A DNA stretch of 64,000 nucleotides. Source: the human T2T-CHM13v2.0 reference genome, Homo sapiens. Of the stretch, positions 45,577 to 58,723 are shown in pieces (positions within the stretch are counted from its first letter, which is position 1; each line of letters opens with the position of its first letter). Location of the stretch: assembly GCF_009914755.1 (NCBI RefSeq), contig NC_060932.1; one strand, given 5' to 3'. Below the pieces are notes generated by a model, which did not search any database, was not told where the DNA came from, and was given only the letters and a program-made list of their open reading frames with translations. Position numbers and translations under genes: made by a program.

Positions 45577-46670
45577 GGTCTGAGCTGTCTGCACAAACCA
45601 CTGCGGACAGGGAGGCAGAAGAAGCTTGGGAATAAGAGACATTTGCCATGGCTGAACACTTCAAAGAAATAATTAGATGTCCCATCTGTCCAAATGATCT
45701 TGAAGAACCTGTGCAACTGAAATGTGGATATGCCTTCTGCCTCCAATGCATCAATTCACTGCAGAAGGAGCCCATGGGGAAGGTTTACTGTGCCCCTTCT
45801 GCTCTGTGGTCTCCCCTAAGAGTAATATCAAGCCCAAGTTCAAGCTGAGGGCGCTGGTTTCCATGATCAAGGAACTAGAGCTCAAGCTGAAATCTATTCT
45901 AACAATGAACCCAAGGATGAGGAAGTTTCAAGTGGATATGACCTTGGATGTGGACACAGCCAACAACCATCTCACCATTTCTGAAGACCTAAGTAGTGTC
46001 CATTTGGGAATTTCAGCCAGAATAGGAAGGAGCAAGCTGAGAGGTTCAACTCTGCACTGTGTGTCCTGGGCGCCCCGGCTTCACTTCCAGCCACTGTTAC
46101 TGGGAGGTGGATGTGGGCACCAGCAAAGTATGGGATGTGGGCATTTGTAAGGAATCTGTGAATCAACAGAGGACATTGTACTTTCTTCAGAACAAGGCTT
46201 CTGGACTGTAGGTTCCAGAAAAGGAAAGGTCTTTGCTGCCAGCACTATGCCTTTGCCTGTTCTCTAGAGGTGAGTCCCCAGTTGCACAGAGTGGGAATTT
46301 TCCTGGATATAGGTATGGGTTTCATTTTTTAAATAATGTTAGTGATAGGTGCCATATCTACACACACAACAAAATTTCTTTTAGCCACTGTGTCCATTTT
46401 TTGCTCATAAACATGAAACTCAAGATGGAGCTTTGTGAGTATCTGTCCCGTGATCAATCCAGACAATGCCAGTCCCCCAATTTATTCTGGGGAAAGTAAA
46501 TAAACATTTGAATATAATCATCAATAGGAAGTTTCTGTATGCCCATAGCCAGAGCTAAGAATTTTCTGCTAGATACACATAGGTACAAAGGGTAGAAGGG
46601 AAAGATCAGTCAATTTTGTTGTCATGTTGCTTTCTTCAATAAGTAAATATTTTGACATTTCAAAAAAAAA
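45577..46670 (+). pseudogene. Processed pseudogene of RFPL4A-family (RING plus B30.2/PRY-SPRY E3 ligase); CDS remnant 45648-46499
   Basis: MAEHFKEIIRCPICPNDLEEPVQLKCGY..., TMNPRMRKFQVDMTLDVDTANN, YWEVDVGTSKVWDVG and GK* match recalled RFPL4A; several frameshifts (first near 45774); intronless; A-tail remnant 46662-46670; degenerate TSD aaatagatacttctc/aaaaagatatttctt. Confidence 0.92.
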
Positions 46671-46758
46671 GATATTTCTTAGTTTATCCACTTATTACCA
46701 ACCCAATAGAATTAGTACTCCGTGTGTGTGTGTGTTCAGATTCTCGTCTTTAAGGATG

Positions 46759-46970
<212 letters not shown>

Positions 46971-48604
46971 TTCACATTGAGAGGAATCAGGTTCCCTTAG
47001 AATAATGGTTGATTCCAGGTCTGGAGCAAGGAATATACAAAAAGTGCCTGAAATAGCTCTATCTTGTACCAGAAGGCAAAAACACTACCAAAGATCACTA
47101 AGATTTTGTCAAAAAAGCTCGGAGCTAGCATAAGTAATCTTCCACTGGGAAGAGTTGAGGATTTAAAGATGAGTAAGATATAATAACCCCAATATAGTGA
47201 GTTATAGCAAATATTTTAAAATCCACATGTTCATAAAAAAAGCCATCGTTAGTCATTTTTGGGGGAGGTTAGGGGACCAAGTTCTTATTTTTAAAAATTA
47301 GTAAAAGTGGAGGGAAAAAAATCAAACATTTGATCTGCTTTTCCTATACAAATTACACTTAAAGGTAGCCAAATATTTGAGGACAGGAAATTTCTCTTTA
47401 CGGAAGTATTCCAGTATATAAATGAATGTAGAATTATGAAATTAGACAATTACCATTTGGCAATGGTAGTACATTAATGGATCTAGCAATAATTATCAAT
47501 GCTGCCAACATCACTGAAGAATCAGTGGGACATTATGTGCCTCCAGATGAAACGATAACCATTCTCTCTCAAGTAGTATTGGCAAAAACAAAAACAACAG
47601 AAAACTTTAATCCAGATCTAACTACCAGTTTATGGAAATTACAAGGAGCAGAGGAACGTTTCAAACCACATCACAAGAATGTGAAGGGGAAAATACAGAC
47701 TGTGGAAAACTTACAAGATGAAAAGCTCAAAAGGCCCAGGTTTTCTGAACAACAAAAAGCATAAGAGAAAAATGGAAGCAGAGGAATAGAAGCTATAGAT
47801 TAAGAGAAATGTAATAATTAAGAGAAATGTAAAAGACTGTCCATCAGTTGCAGTGTATGGAGTCTTGCTTAGCCTGACTTGTCCAGAGATAATTTTCCTA
47901 GATAAACAGGGATATTGGAAAACTAATTAAATATTTGTTTATATTAGAGTATTATTGTTATCTATGTTAATACTATTACATTTGTTTACCAAAAAAAAGT
48001 ACATACCAGAATATTTACAAATGATATGATGAATGAGATTTGCTTTGACATAATCTGGGCAAGGAAGGGGGAATGTAGAAGCGATGTGCCAGGTGGGGTG
48101 GGGGTCACAGATAAAAATGAAGTGAGTTTACCCTTGAATTAATGATTGATGAAAATGTGTGTGGGTACAAAGGCATTCATTTATCTTTCCACTTTTGTAT
48201 TTGTATGAACATTTTCATAATAAAGAGTAAAAAGTTTTAGATCATAGGTAGGATGCAGAAGATAGGAAAGAAGGGGAGAAGAGAGAATATTGGGCACCTG
48301 TTGGGAAACATATGAGGTGCTTTTTGGATGTGCTATTAAATTTAGTTCTCAAAACGGTCCAATGGAGTAGTTATTCTCTTTTCTTTTTCTTTTTTTTTTT
48401 TTTTCCAAATAAGAAAACTGAGGCCAAAGTGACTCAGTGATTTGCTCAAGATCTCAAAACTAGTACTTCATAGACATGGAATAAACGTTCACCTCTTGGG
48501 TTCTGATCCTTCATTTGTGTCATTCCAAGTCCATACTATAGTGTTAGACCCAGTTAGATCTGGATTTAGTTAATTAGTCTACTGTAAAAGGGAAAATGAA
48601 TTTC

Positions 48605-49990
<1,386 letters not shown>

Positions 49991-50152
49991 GTCGATAATG
50001 TATTATTGAATATTAGATCATTATTACTTGAATTTTGTATCATTCTTTCATTCACTCAAAGAATGCCAGTAGCTGGTGGGTTTGGTGGTAAGAAGTTGAA
50101 CAAATTCTCTTTTGATTGCTTTCATTTTCTCACTGAAAGAATGAGCAACATG

Positions 50153-50486
<334 letters not shown>

Positions 50487-51077
50487 TCAGGCAAGGGAGA
50501 GGTATTGAAGTTAACTGAGGAATAAAAATATATCTGAACCAAAACTGAAAAACTGAACTAGTTGGAATTCAATTAATCTAGCAAATATATATTTTTTTAC
50601 TTTCAAAAGTTGTTATGACTGTATCATGCATCAAAATATATAAAGAATAATATAATGAACACCTAGGTAACTACCATGTAGCTAAAAATAACTCATCAGT
50701 GAAACCAACCTCTATTGCATGGTAGCCAACTCCATCTCTATTCTGAATTTTAACTTTAACCCCTTGGAGTGTTTTTGTTTTTTTTGTTTTTGGTTTTGTT
50801 ATGTTACTACACACACATACACACACACACACATGCACATGCACACACACACACTCAGATACAAAATTAGAAGATGACTTTCTCAGCAATATGGCATTTA
50901 CATCATGTACATTTTATTATTAGATAATGCAAAATTTCTCTCTAAAGAGATTGTATCAGTGTATACTCCCACCAACAGTTCATAATTTTTTTAACTCCTG
51001 ATCCTGGCCAACATTATCTGTTATCCAACATTTTAATGAAAATTGCTTCTCATAGATTTAATTAGTAATTTTATAAT

Positions 51078-51200
51078 TATTTTATGAGATGAGGTCTCAC
51101 TATATTACCCAAGTTGGACTTGAATTCCTGAGTTTAAGCAATCATGCTGCCCCAGCCTCCTGAGTAGCTGGGACTACAGTCACATGCCACTGCATCTGGC
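51078..51200 (-). mobile_element. Alu monomer (FLAM_A-like)
   Basis: Diverged single Alu arm. Confidence 0.7.
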
Positions 51201-53174
51201 TATGCAGTTTCTTAATTTTTAACAACAAAGTTAAATGCCTGATTTTTTTTTGCCCATTTTTATTGCTCATTTCTTTTCTTTGAGTTTGTGTGAGTTTGTT
51301 ATAGATCCTGGATGCCAACCTTTGTTAGTATACATGTCTCAATTATTTCCTAATTTGGAGGATTGTCATCACTTTTTAAATAGTGCCTTCTATTAATATA
51401 AATGTTTAACATTAACTTGTGGTATTGACGCTTTGTTTTAGAAATCCTTTCCTACTTGGAGTCATAAAAATACTGTTTTTTCTTTTCTTCTAGAAGTTTG
51501 TTTTTCACATTTTGGTCTTTAATCTACCACATCTCTTTTTTAATATGGTGAGAAGTTGGAATATATTTTTCCTCACATGGATGATAAGTTTTCTAGAGCC
51601 GTTTTTGAAGTTTGTCATTTGTCCATTGATACGCATGCTTTTTCTGCCACTTACATTGTTTCTGAGCCCTCTGTTTTCTTCCATTGGCCTAATTGCTTAT
51701 TTCTGTTATTCTACTGAGTTTGGAGTTACATTGTGTTTTAGACTGTTATGGGAGAATTGACATCTTCACCTTTCTGAGTCATCCTACCTATGAATATGCC
51801 ATAATTCCATTTAATTAAATTTTACAAGATTTGACAATAAAGTCATGCAAATTTTTATTGAATTGATTCCTTGGCATCTTGTATTTTTGGCTATTATTAT
51901 AAATTTGCTATCTGTTTTAAAAGTTACATTTATTGGCAAATAGGAATAAAAATGATTTTTGTAATTTTATCTTAAATCCAGTAAACTTTCTGAACCCATT
52001 GATTTATTACTTGTCTCTGAATTCTCTTAATTTCTCTATATTAAAAAAGACAGTTTTTTGTTTGTTTGTTTCCATTAGATGATGAGACTGACATGAGATA
52101 ATCAGATTAAACACTACCATTAGAAAAGGGGAGGTTCATACAAACCACTGGCTCATAGAAATTCTGAAATCTTGCTGGGCAAATGTCATCAGATCTTTTT
52201 ACCCAGGAGTGTGGGGGTATTTCTTAATTGCACCTAGAGAGTGGGAACTGGATTCCCTGAGAGTCTCCATTTATTGTTCTCCGCAGCTCTTGGCTTTACC
52301 CTCTGGAAGTTTCTTTCCTTTTTGTTAACCTCTTTGGCCACTTCTAAGAGGGCATTGGAAAATATGCCTTTGAGCAACTTCCTCAGCTTACTTACTTACT
52401 GTAGAAAACTGGGGGCCCAGAGGGCTTTTTATATCTGAAACAGTTTCAGCCCCTTTAACTCCAGGCTGATGCTTTTGTCAATCAAATTGTCCCAAATAAT
52501 TTATGGATTTCCTTTATATAGTTTGATTCCTCTCTTCTTCTTATGTGAAAAACTATATCCGTAATTATTTTTAAGACAAGCCTATTTTTCTAGATTTAAT
52601 TACTGGTAGTTTAGGTGTTGTGAAACACCTTGAATAGGCACCATTTCAATTTTTTTCAGAGGTCTTAATAAAGGGTCTTATAGTTACATCCTTGATCTCT
52701 TCTTTACCCTAAGGCCTTATCTTTCTGGCAAGGCCGTGAATTTAATATTTTCACAAAGATATATATTAATCTTAAACTATTTGTCTGGAAAGACCAGAGA
52801 TAAGAAACTCATCCAGACTCTTAATGTTTTTTTCTGAGTTTTGCTTGCAAATTGGCCAGTTATTTTCTAAGCTCATCTATTTATTGAAGACACTCATCAT
52901 ATGTAGCTAAAATCAAGTGGATAATATTTGCAATACTTCTCCTTCTTGCCCAATTCTGAAAATTTATTAGGTTCTCTTTCTATCTTCCAAGTTATCATAG
53001 ATGACCATTTTACCAAACACTTTAATGGCACATAACACTGGTCTCCATTTTTCCAAACTTTCATAATAATTTTCTTACATTTTTATAGCCTCCCTTGCAA
53101 CTATATCCCAAAATCAATGGCATATATTTTGGGCTTTTATTAGTCAACACTCTACTTCTAGGATAAATTTCTAC

Positions 53175-53500
53175 CTCATTTAGCCATAGCTACGTACTAA
53201 TTTACTCCAAAACTCAGTGGCTGAATACAATAAATATTTCTCCTACTTTCCTGGGGTTTGGCTGATTTAGGCTGGTTCTTGGCTGGATGAGCTCAACAGG
53301 TCTCATTTGGGCCCTCTCATGTGTCCAGAGGTTGGCTGGCTGTCAGTTGATATAACCTGGGCTTGTCCAGAGTGACTTCAGTCTGTTCCAAATGTTTTGC
53401 ATCTGCCTTTTGAGACTGGCGGACAAGCATAGGTGTGTCTTTCTCAAGGGGATGACAGAAATGCAAGAGAGCAAGTCAAAAAATGCAAGGCATCTGGAAG
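53175..53500 (-). mobile_element. MLT1H-like LTR, left part (right part about 59055-59105)
   Basis: ccaaaactcagtggct...gcaagagagcaag; resumes after the ERV as ggtgaagaatcagggccattaa...ctaccac. Confidence 0.55.
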
Positions 53501-55847
53501 CCATGGCGACAAAAATTCAGACTTGCAGACAATTTGAATGGTGAATAAGACAGGGTTTTATTGGGTGAAAAAGGAAGAAAAGGGGGAAACAGGGACTCTC
53601 GCTAGGCCAGAGTCCCTGCTAGAGTGCTTCCTGCCTCTCAGTTCGAATTGCAGTTTCCACACAGGAAGAGGAGGGGCCAGGTTCCTCCCTGCTGCAAATG
53701 TTGTGAACTTCTGGGTCTCCACCCCAGTGCTCAGGTCAGTTGGAGTTTTTCTGGGGACCCCTCTCCCACCTGGCTTTCTCATTCCCCCCTCTAAAGAAGT
53801 ACATCTAACTGCTGTTAAAATAAGGATAAGGATAAAGACCAATCTTAACTGCTTCCTGCTGACAGGGGGCACTGTGTTGGGGGAAAATGGCAGTGAGAGC
53901 TCCCTCAGAGGCCAATCTAAGGGTTCCAGCAGAAGGGGCCATTGTCAAAGGCTCTGGCTGCATGACTGCCTGGAGTTTGATTGCCTGAAGGCAAGAGCAG
54001 ACAAACTGGGTTATTAGAAAGCATGTATCAAAGCAAAACAAGGGGAGCTAAGGACAGCTCAAAAATCCCAAGGCCTTTTAGCAGTGTGCACAGGGAGAGG
54101 GAAGCCAAAAGCCCTTCTGGCAAAAAAAAGCTTTATCCTTTTGCTGGCATGTTGGGCTTCTGGGTTCCCTTCCCCTGAGCTCAATCCTAAGCCAACCAAT
54201 TTAAGACTTGGGAAATTAACTTCTCCCAGTTTGGAGGATGCACTGAGGTGTGTGTCTCATAGTACAGAGACACAATTACCTGTTTGTGAAGAGAGAACCA
54301 CGGAGGAGAAATAAAAAAGAAGGCATTTTTTAAAGGAGTCCCAGGGATTTGGGATGCATTTGAAAGGGGTACAGACTGAAGATGAATGGCTAACCCATCT
54401 AGAAAGAGGGGAGCAGGCATCCCTGGTTCCCTTCTCTTCCTAGCAGATACCTGGGGTAAGTGAGGGAGAGAAGGAAGAGCATCCTCTTTCCCTCTTTCAT
54501 CCTTGCATGCCTGAATCCTGGAGACCATGGCAGATGCTGTCATGGGTGTCAAAGTGACTTGCACCCATGAAGCAGGGGGCCAAAGGGGTGGAATCATCTG
54601 CTTTTATCCACATACATCCTATCTCCCCTGCTGTCGGTAGGCTCAAATTTCCTAGGACTCATTTATGCCATGGATACTAACGTGGCCTTTATCCATGGAA
54701 CAGGAAGCTTGGGCTTGGCTTAATTGGCAGGAATCAGCCATGCTTACCTGTGCTGTGCCTTTTAACATCTGTCGTTGTCTGCCTCTGGATCCTGTAAATC
54801 CAGTTTTTTTCTTAGGGCTTTGACCCAAAGCTTGGAATTGAGTCTGGGACAAAATGTGCCTTGGGGAGTTGCATGCACTCCCTATCGTAAGCCAAATACC
54901 AAGGTGAAATTGCAGAACTGAGTCCTCCTCCTGCAAGGGAGAGGAAAGGATGTCTTATGATATACCCAGAAAACTGGTAACTATAGTTATGCTTGTAGGA
55001 TTTGGGTGGATGGTGCTTGGCTTTGGTTAGCTCCCTTGGTCTTACTTTCCCAAAAGGAAACCTCTGAGGGATAGGCATCCTATTTATCCCATCATCTGGC
55101 AGGATTTGCAGGATAATTGCTCAGAACTAGAATATTAACCCAGGTTTTTACATTAGCTATTCGTCTTGTTCTTTTGGAGCTGCCACCAGAGATTGCTGGT
55201 TGGTTCACAGGAACAAGCAGGGTTAGTCTAAAATGTAGGCAAAAACTGAAAAACAACTAGTGAGTTTAGAATTTAATGACAAACGTATGATAAGTTTTGA
55301 AACATGATTTCTGTCTTTCCTGTACTCATTTATGTTGAGAAAAAAAATCATAATAGGACCGAGTTGTTTGCAAAATAGACTTTAATCTTATACTTGGCCT
55401 GATTATTTGCATAAAGTACAGCAAGAATAATTATTTCTACATTGGCCTTTTGGATTGGCTTTGAGGGAACTCTGTTCCCCCCAAGGAATCTCAGATAAGG
55501 CCTTAAAAACCCATCCAAGCCATGGGTTGGGTATTCTCCAATACCTGTGAGTTGTGTGATCCTCTTCTCTTAAGGTCTGAAGATAAACTTGGATCTCCTC
55601 GGCCTGTTAGAAAGTGACATTCTTCACTGACCATATGTCAGGAACCCTGTACAGGGACTGCATAGATGAGGGTATGAGGCCAGTCTCCCCAGTGGGCTTA
55701 TATTGGCTCTGCAAGTTGAGATTGACTCCTTAAAGGGAAGCATACTCTTCCAGTCAAAGCCTTGGTAAAATAACCACTTTCTCCAATTGTGTCCTGTTGC
55801 AAAAGAAAAATGGATTCTTATGGCACTGATGCAAACAACTATATTGC

Positions 55848-56410
55848 TGTTATAAATAAATTTTTTGGTGCTGCCAAAGAAATAGCACTCAAACATAAAT
55901 TTAATTTTCTCAGCAAGGCAATTTTTACTTCTATAGAATGGTGCGCCTCGTGGATGGAGCAATGGTGAGAGCACACCTGAACAAGGGAGGGGAAGGGGTT
56001 TTTATTCCTGATGCAAGTAGCCCCTACTGCTGTGTCATTCCCCTATTGACTAGGGTTGGGCTGCACAGTCTAAGCTAATTTCCACTGGCTATTTTAAAGA
56101 GAGCAGGGGTACTAGTTGGAGTGGGGGCAGTGAGTAGTTTGGCGGGAAGGACAGTTACAGAACAGGTGACTCAGGATGAGTCAGGATGGAGCAGGTGACC
56201 AGCGGTGACTCAGGTCAAAGCAGATGACCAGGGGAACATATGTGAATTACTAATTAGAACTGGCAGGAAAGTTTTTTTACTGAAACTAGAGGCAAGGGGC
56301 GAAGAGAACCAGGAAGTTAAATTTTAAAATGGAGAACAGAAAATAAGAGGGCTGAACATACTGACATGCTGATTCTTTGAAGAGAAACTTGGGGTTCACT
56401 AAATTTAACA
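55848..56410 (-). mobile_element. LTR10-family solo LTR nested in the ERV1 internal region
   Basis: Minus strand begins tgttaaatttagtgaaccccaagtttctcttcaaagaatcagcatgtcagtatgttc; TG...CA termini; TSD ttgc/atgc. Confidence 0.8.
56167..56212. promoter_or_regulatory. Cluster of three consensus AP-1 sites
   Basis: TGACTCA 56167-56173, TGAGTCA 56177-56183, TGACTCA 56206-56212; occupancy not shown. Confidence 0.6.
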
Positions 56411-58705
56411 ATGCCATAAGTTAAGAATACTCATGGATAGTTTCCAAATTCTAGAAGAACCAGGCAGAGAGAAACAAACATGCTCCAAATTTTGTTTGTA
56501 AGAGTATAACTTACTCAATTATTAAAGGCTGTAAATAGTTCAAAATAAGCTTCCTTGACTCTGAAAAACAAAATATGGATCAGCAATATTCCAAGCAAAA
56601 GTCAAAAAGGTTGCTTCAGCTTTCTGATTTTAGTCCATTTAGTTAACTCTGGTTTTGCTTGATATTTGGGAACACTTCAGCTCTTTATGAAGTGTTTTTT
56701 TTCTTTATTCAAATGTCACAATCTTCAAAGTTATCAGAAGCCTGTATTTGGGAGCACCTGTTAAATTTCTATGGCTTATTCTCAACCATCTTTTGAAAAG
56801 GATTAAAACAAGACAATAATTGTCTGTGAATAGCAAAATGTCCAGGATAGTTACAGTTAGAAACACAACTGACAAAGAAGTTTGGTTATCTTTGTGGTTT
56901 ACCATAACTTAACATAACAACGTTAATTATGATTGATAGCATATACTTAGACAATAGAATTTTAGAAATCCCATACAATTTTGGAACATACATTAGCGTT
57001 ATTCACAAAAATATAACCTAAAGAAGAATTGAACATCATTTTGGCAATCCCGTGTACCTAAACATGTTAAATAATCCTGTTTACCTTTCTTTCTGGATGT
57101 TTCAGGGGCCCTTTGAACCATTCAAAAAGCCAGGTGTCAGGGAAAACAATTTTGAAAATGAAGTTTGATTTGGGGAAGGCTGTCAAATATGTTCGAGATT
57201 TAAAACACCTGATATTATGAAATAGAATTCCACATTATCATAAATTATTTATTTTGCCAAAATGATGAATCAGAAATTTTAAATAAGTAAAAACCTTTTA
57301 TAACCTTTTATAACTAAATATAACATATTTAGTCAATATGTTCACACAGAGAACCTCTTCTGCAAGATTAATTTTCAGAATTCTTCCACCACTTGTTTGA
57401 ACTTTTAGCTTTTCCTATCTAATTTAAAGCAGTCCTTTAACCCTAGGCAAAAATTTACATTTCCATACCTCCTTATAACCTTTTACCAAAAAAAAAAAAA
57501 ACCACCAACAACAAATTTTACTGTTCTTACACACCTTGCATGTAAATCTATTTCCAGTAGTCTCAATTACATGTTATAATTGTAACTCCTAGCAATTTCT
57601 CACTTCAAGGTAAAACTTGGTAAGTTGCTTTAACTGTGTGCTAAGTGCAGCCAAGGTTTGACTCCAGCATAATTAAGGGCGTGATTAGTTCCATATGTCC
57701 CCAGGCCTTACCAATTGTGAAGCCGGCACATCAAATAGTTTCAAAACCAAAAAAGCAGTTTGTAACCTCAAAACACTTAGCAAACCTTTCATCTGACCTG
57801 CATATTTTAGTTCACCTACGTTACATTTTAATGATCCCTGCATTTTACCAATAACCTTTAAGGCTGTTTTTATTTCTGAAAGATTAAAGTCACATGAACT
57901 GAAAGGTACCACAGCTTTTAGCTTCCCTTGAAAAAATACTTGATCCAAGCACTTGTCTTTCTTTAGGCCAAATTAATTAGGAGCTCTTATTACAGACATC
58001 ATACACAGCACAGACACAGACAGGAAGAAGAAAACCTAGTTGCTGGGTGGGATCCTTGAAAAGACAGGGCTAGGGGTACCTGCAGATGTCAAACCAGAAA
58101 GGAACTTATTCTCTAAGGTAGGGTTGCTAAACAAAGCCTTGCCACCGGAGTTACAAGCCATGCCCTCAGGATGTAAAACAAGACAGAGGCTTGATTTCAC
58201 AATCAAAACTTTGCAGAGAATATAAACAGTGATACTTGTGGGGCCTGGCCTAGTAAAAACGTCTTCTAAAAGGAATAAAAAATAAAAGTTAACTGCTGAC
58301 GGGGTAGAGAAGAAGAAAAAAACAGCTTAAATATGCCTGGTGAAGAACCTTTTATTCTTATGCAAGTGGTTCCTCCACCAGGAGAAATGCTTAATTACTG
58401 TCCAATGAAGCTGAACCCCTTGTCCAGGGAAGGGGAACGCAGTGGCAGCACATGGCTGGGAACCAGCCAGTTGGCTGTGTGGGACCTTTGGGCCATGTGA
58501 TCCCAGCCCTAGCAGGGAGCAGGGAGTGGCAGGGAGCTGCTGCTTGCCGGTCTGTCCCAGAAAAGGAAGGAAAAGGCCATGAAAAAGCCCGGGAGTGATG
58601 AGGGGTGGGGGTATGGTTTCCGCTATCCTCAGAAGTCTGAGGATGAAAAGGCTTAGAAGCAACAGGAAGAGATTTTGAATCCCCATTTTACTCACCATTT
58701 CTCAA

Positions 58706-58723
58706 GCCCCATGTTGGGCATCA
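58706..58723 (-). other. Retroviral primer-binding site, tRNA-Lys(1,2)-like
   Basis: tgatgcccaacatggggc versus consensus TGGCGCCCAACGTGGGGC, 4 nt from the LTR end. Confidence 0.75.

Noticed and set aside
45648-46499. Functional RFPL4 retrogene
   Set aside because: Several frameshifts split both the RING and B30.2 domains
47799-47833. Short tandem duplications (ttaagagaaatgtaa x2; also ccaatacctatacc x2 near 26472 and agggaactc x2 near 3905)
   Set aside because: Routine slippage events inside repeats
52099-52109. Palindromic homeodomain site TAATCAGATTA
   Set aside because: Single short motif expected by chance in AT-rich DNA
56352-56372. p53 response element in LTR10 (gaacatactgacatgctg)
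   Set aside because: First half-site lacks the CWWG core and the spacing is imperfect
53538-58698. Short ORFs in the ERV as gag/pol/env
   Set aside because: No recognisable retroviral protein motifs in the translations provided
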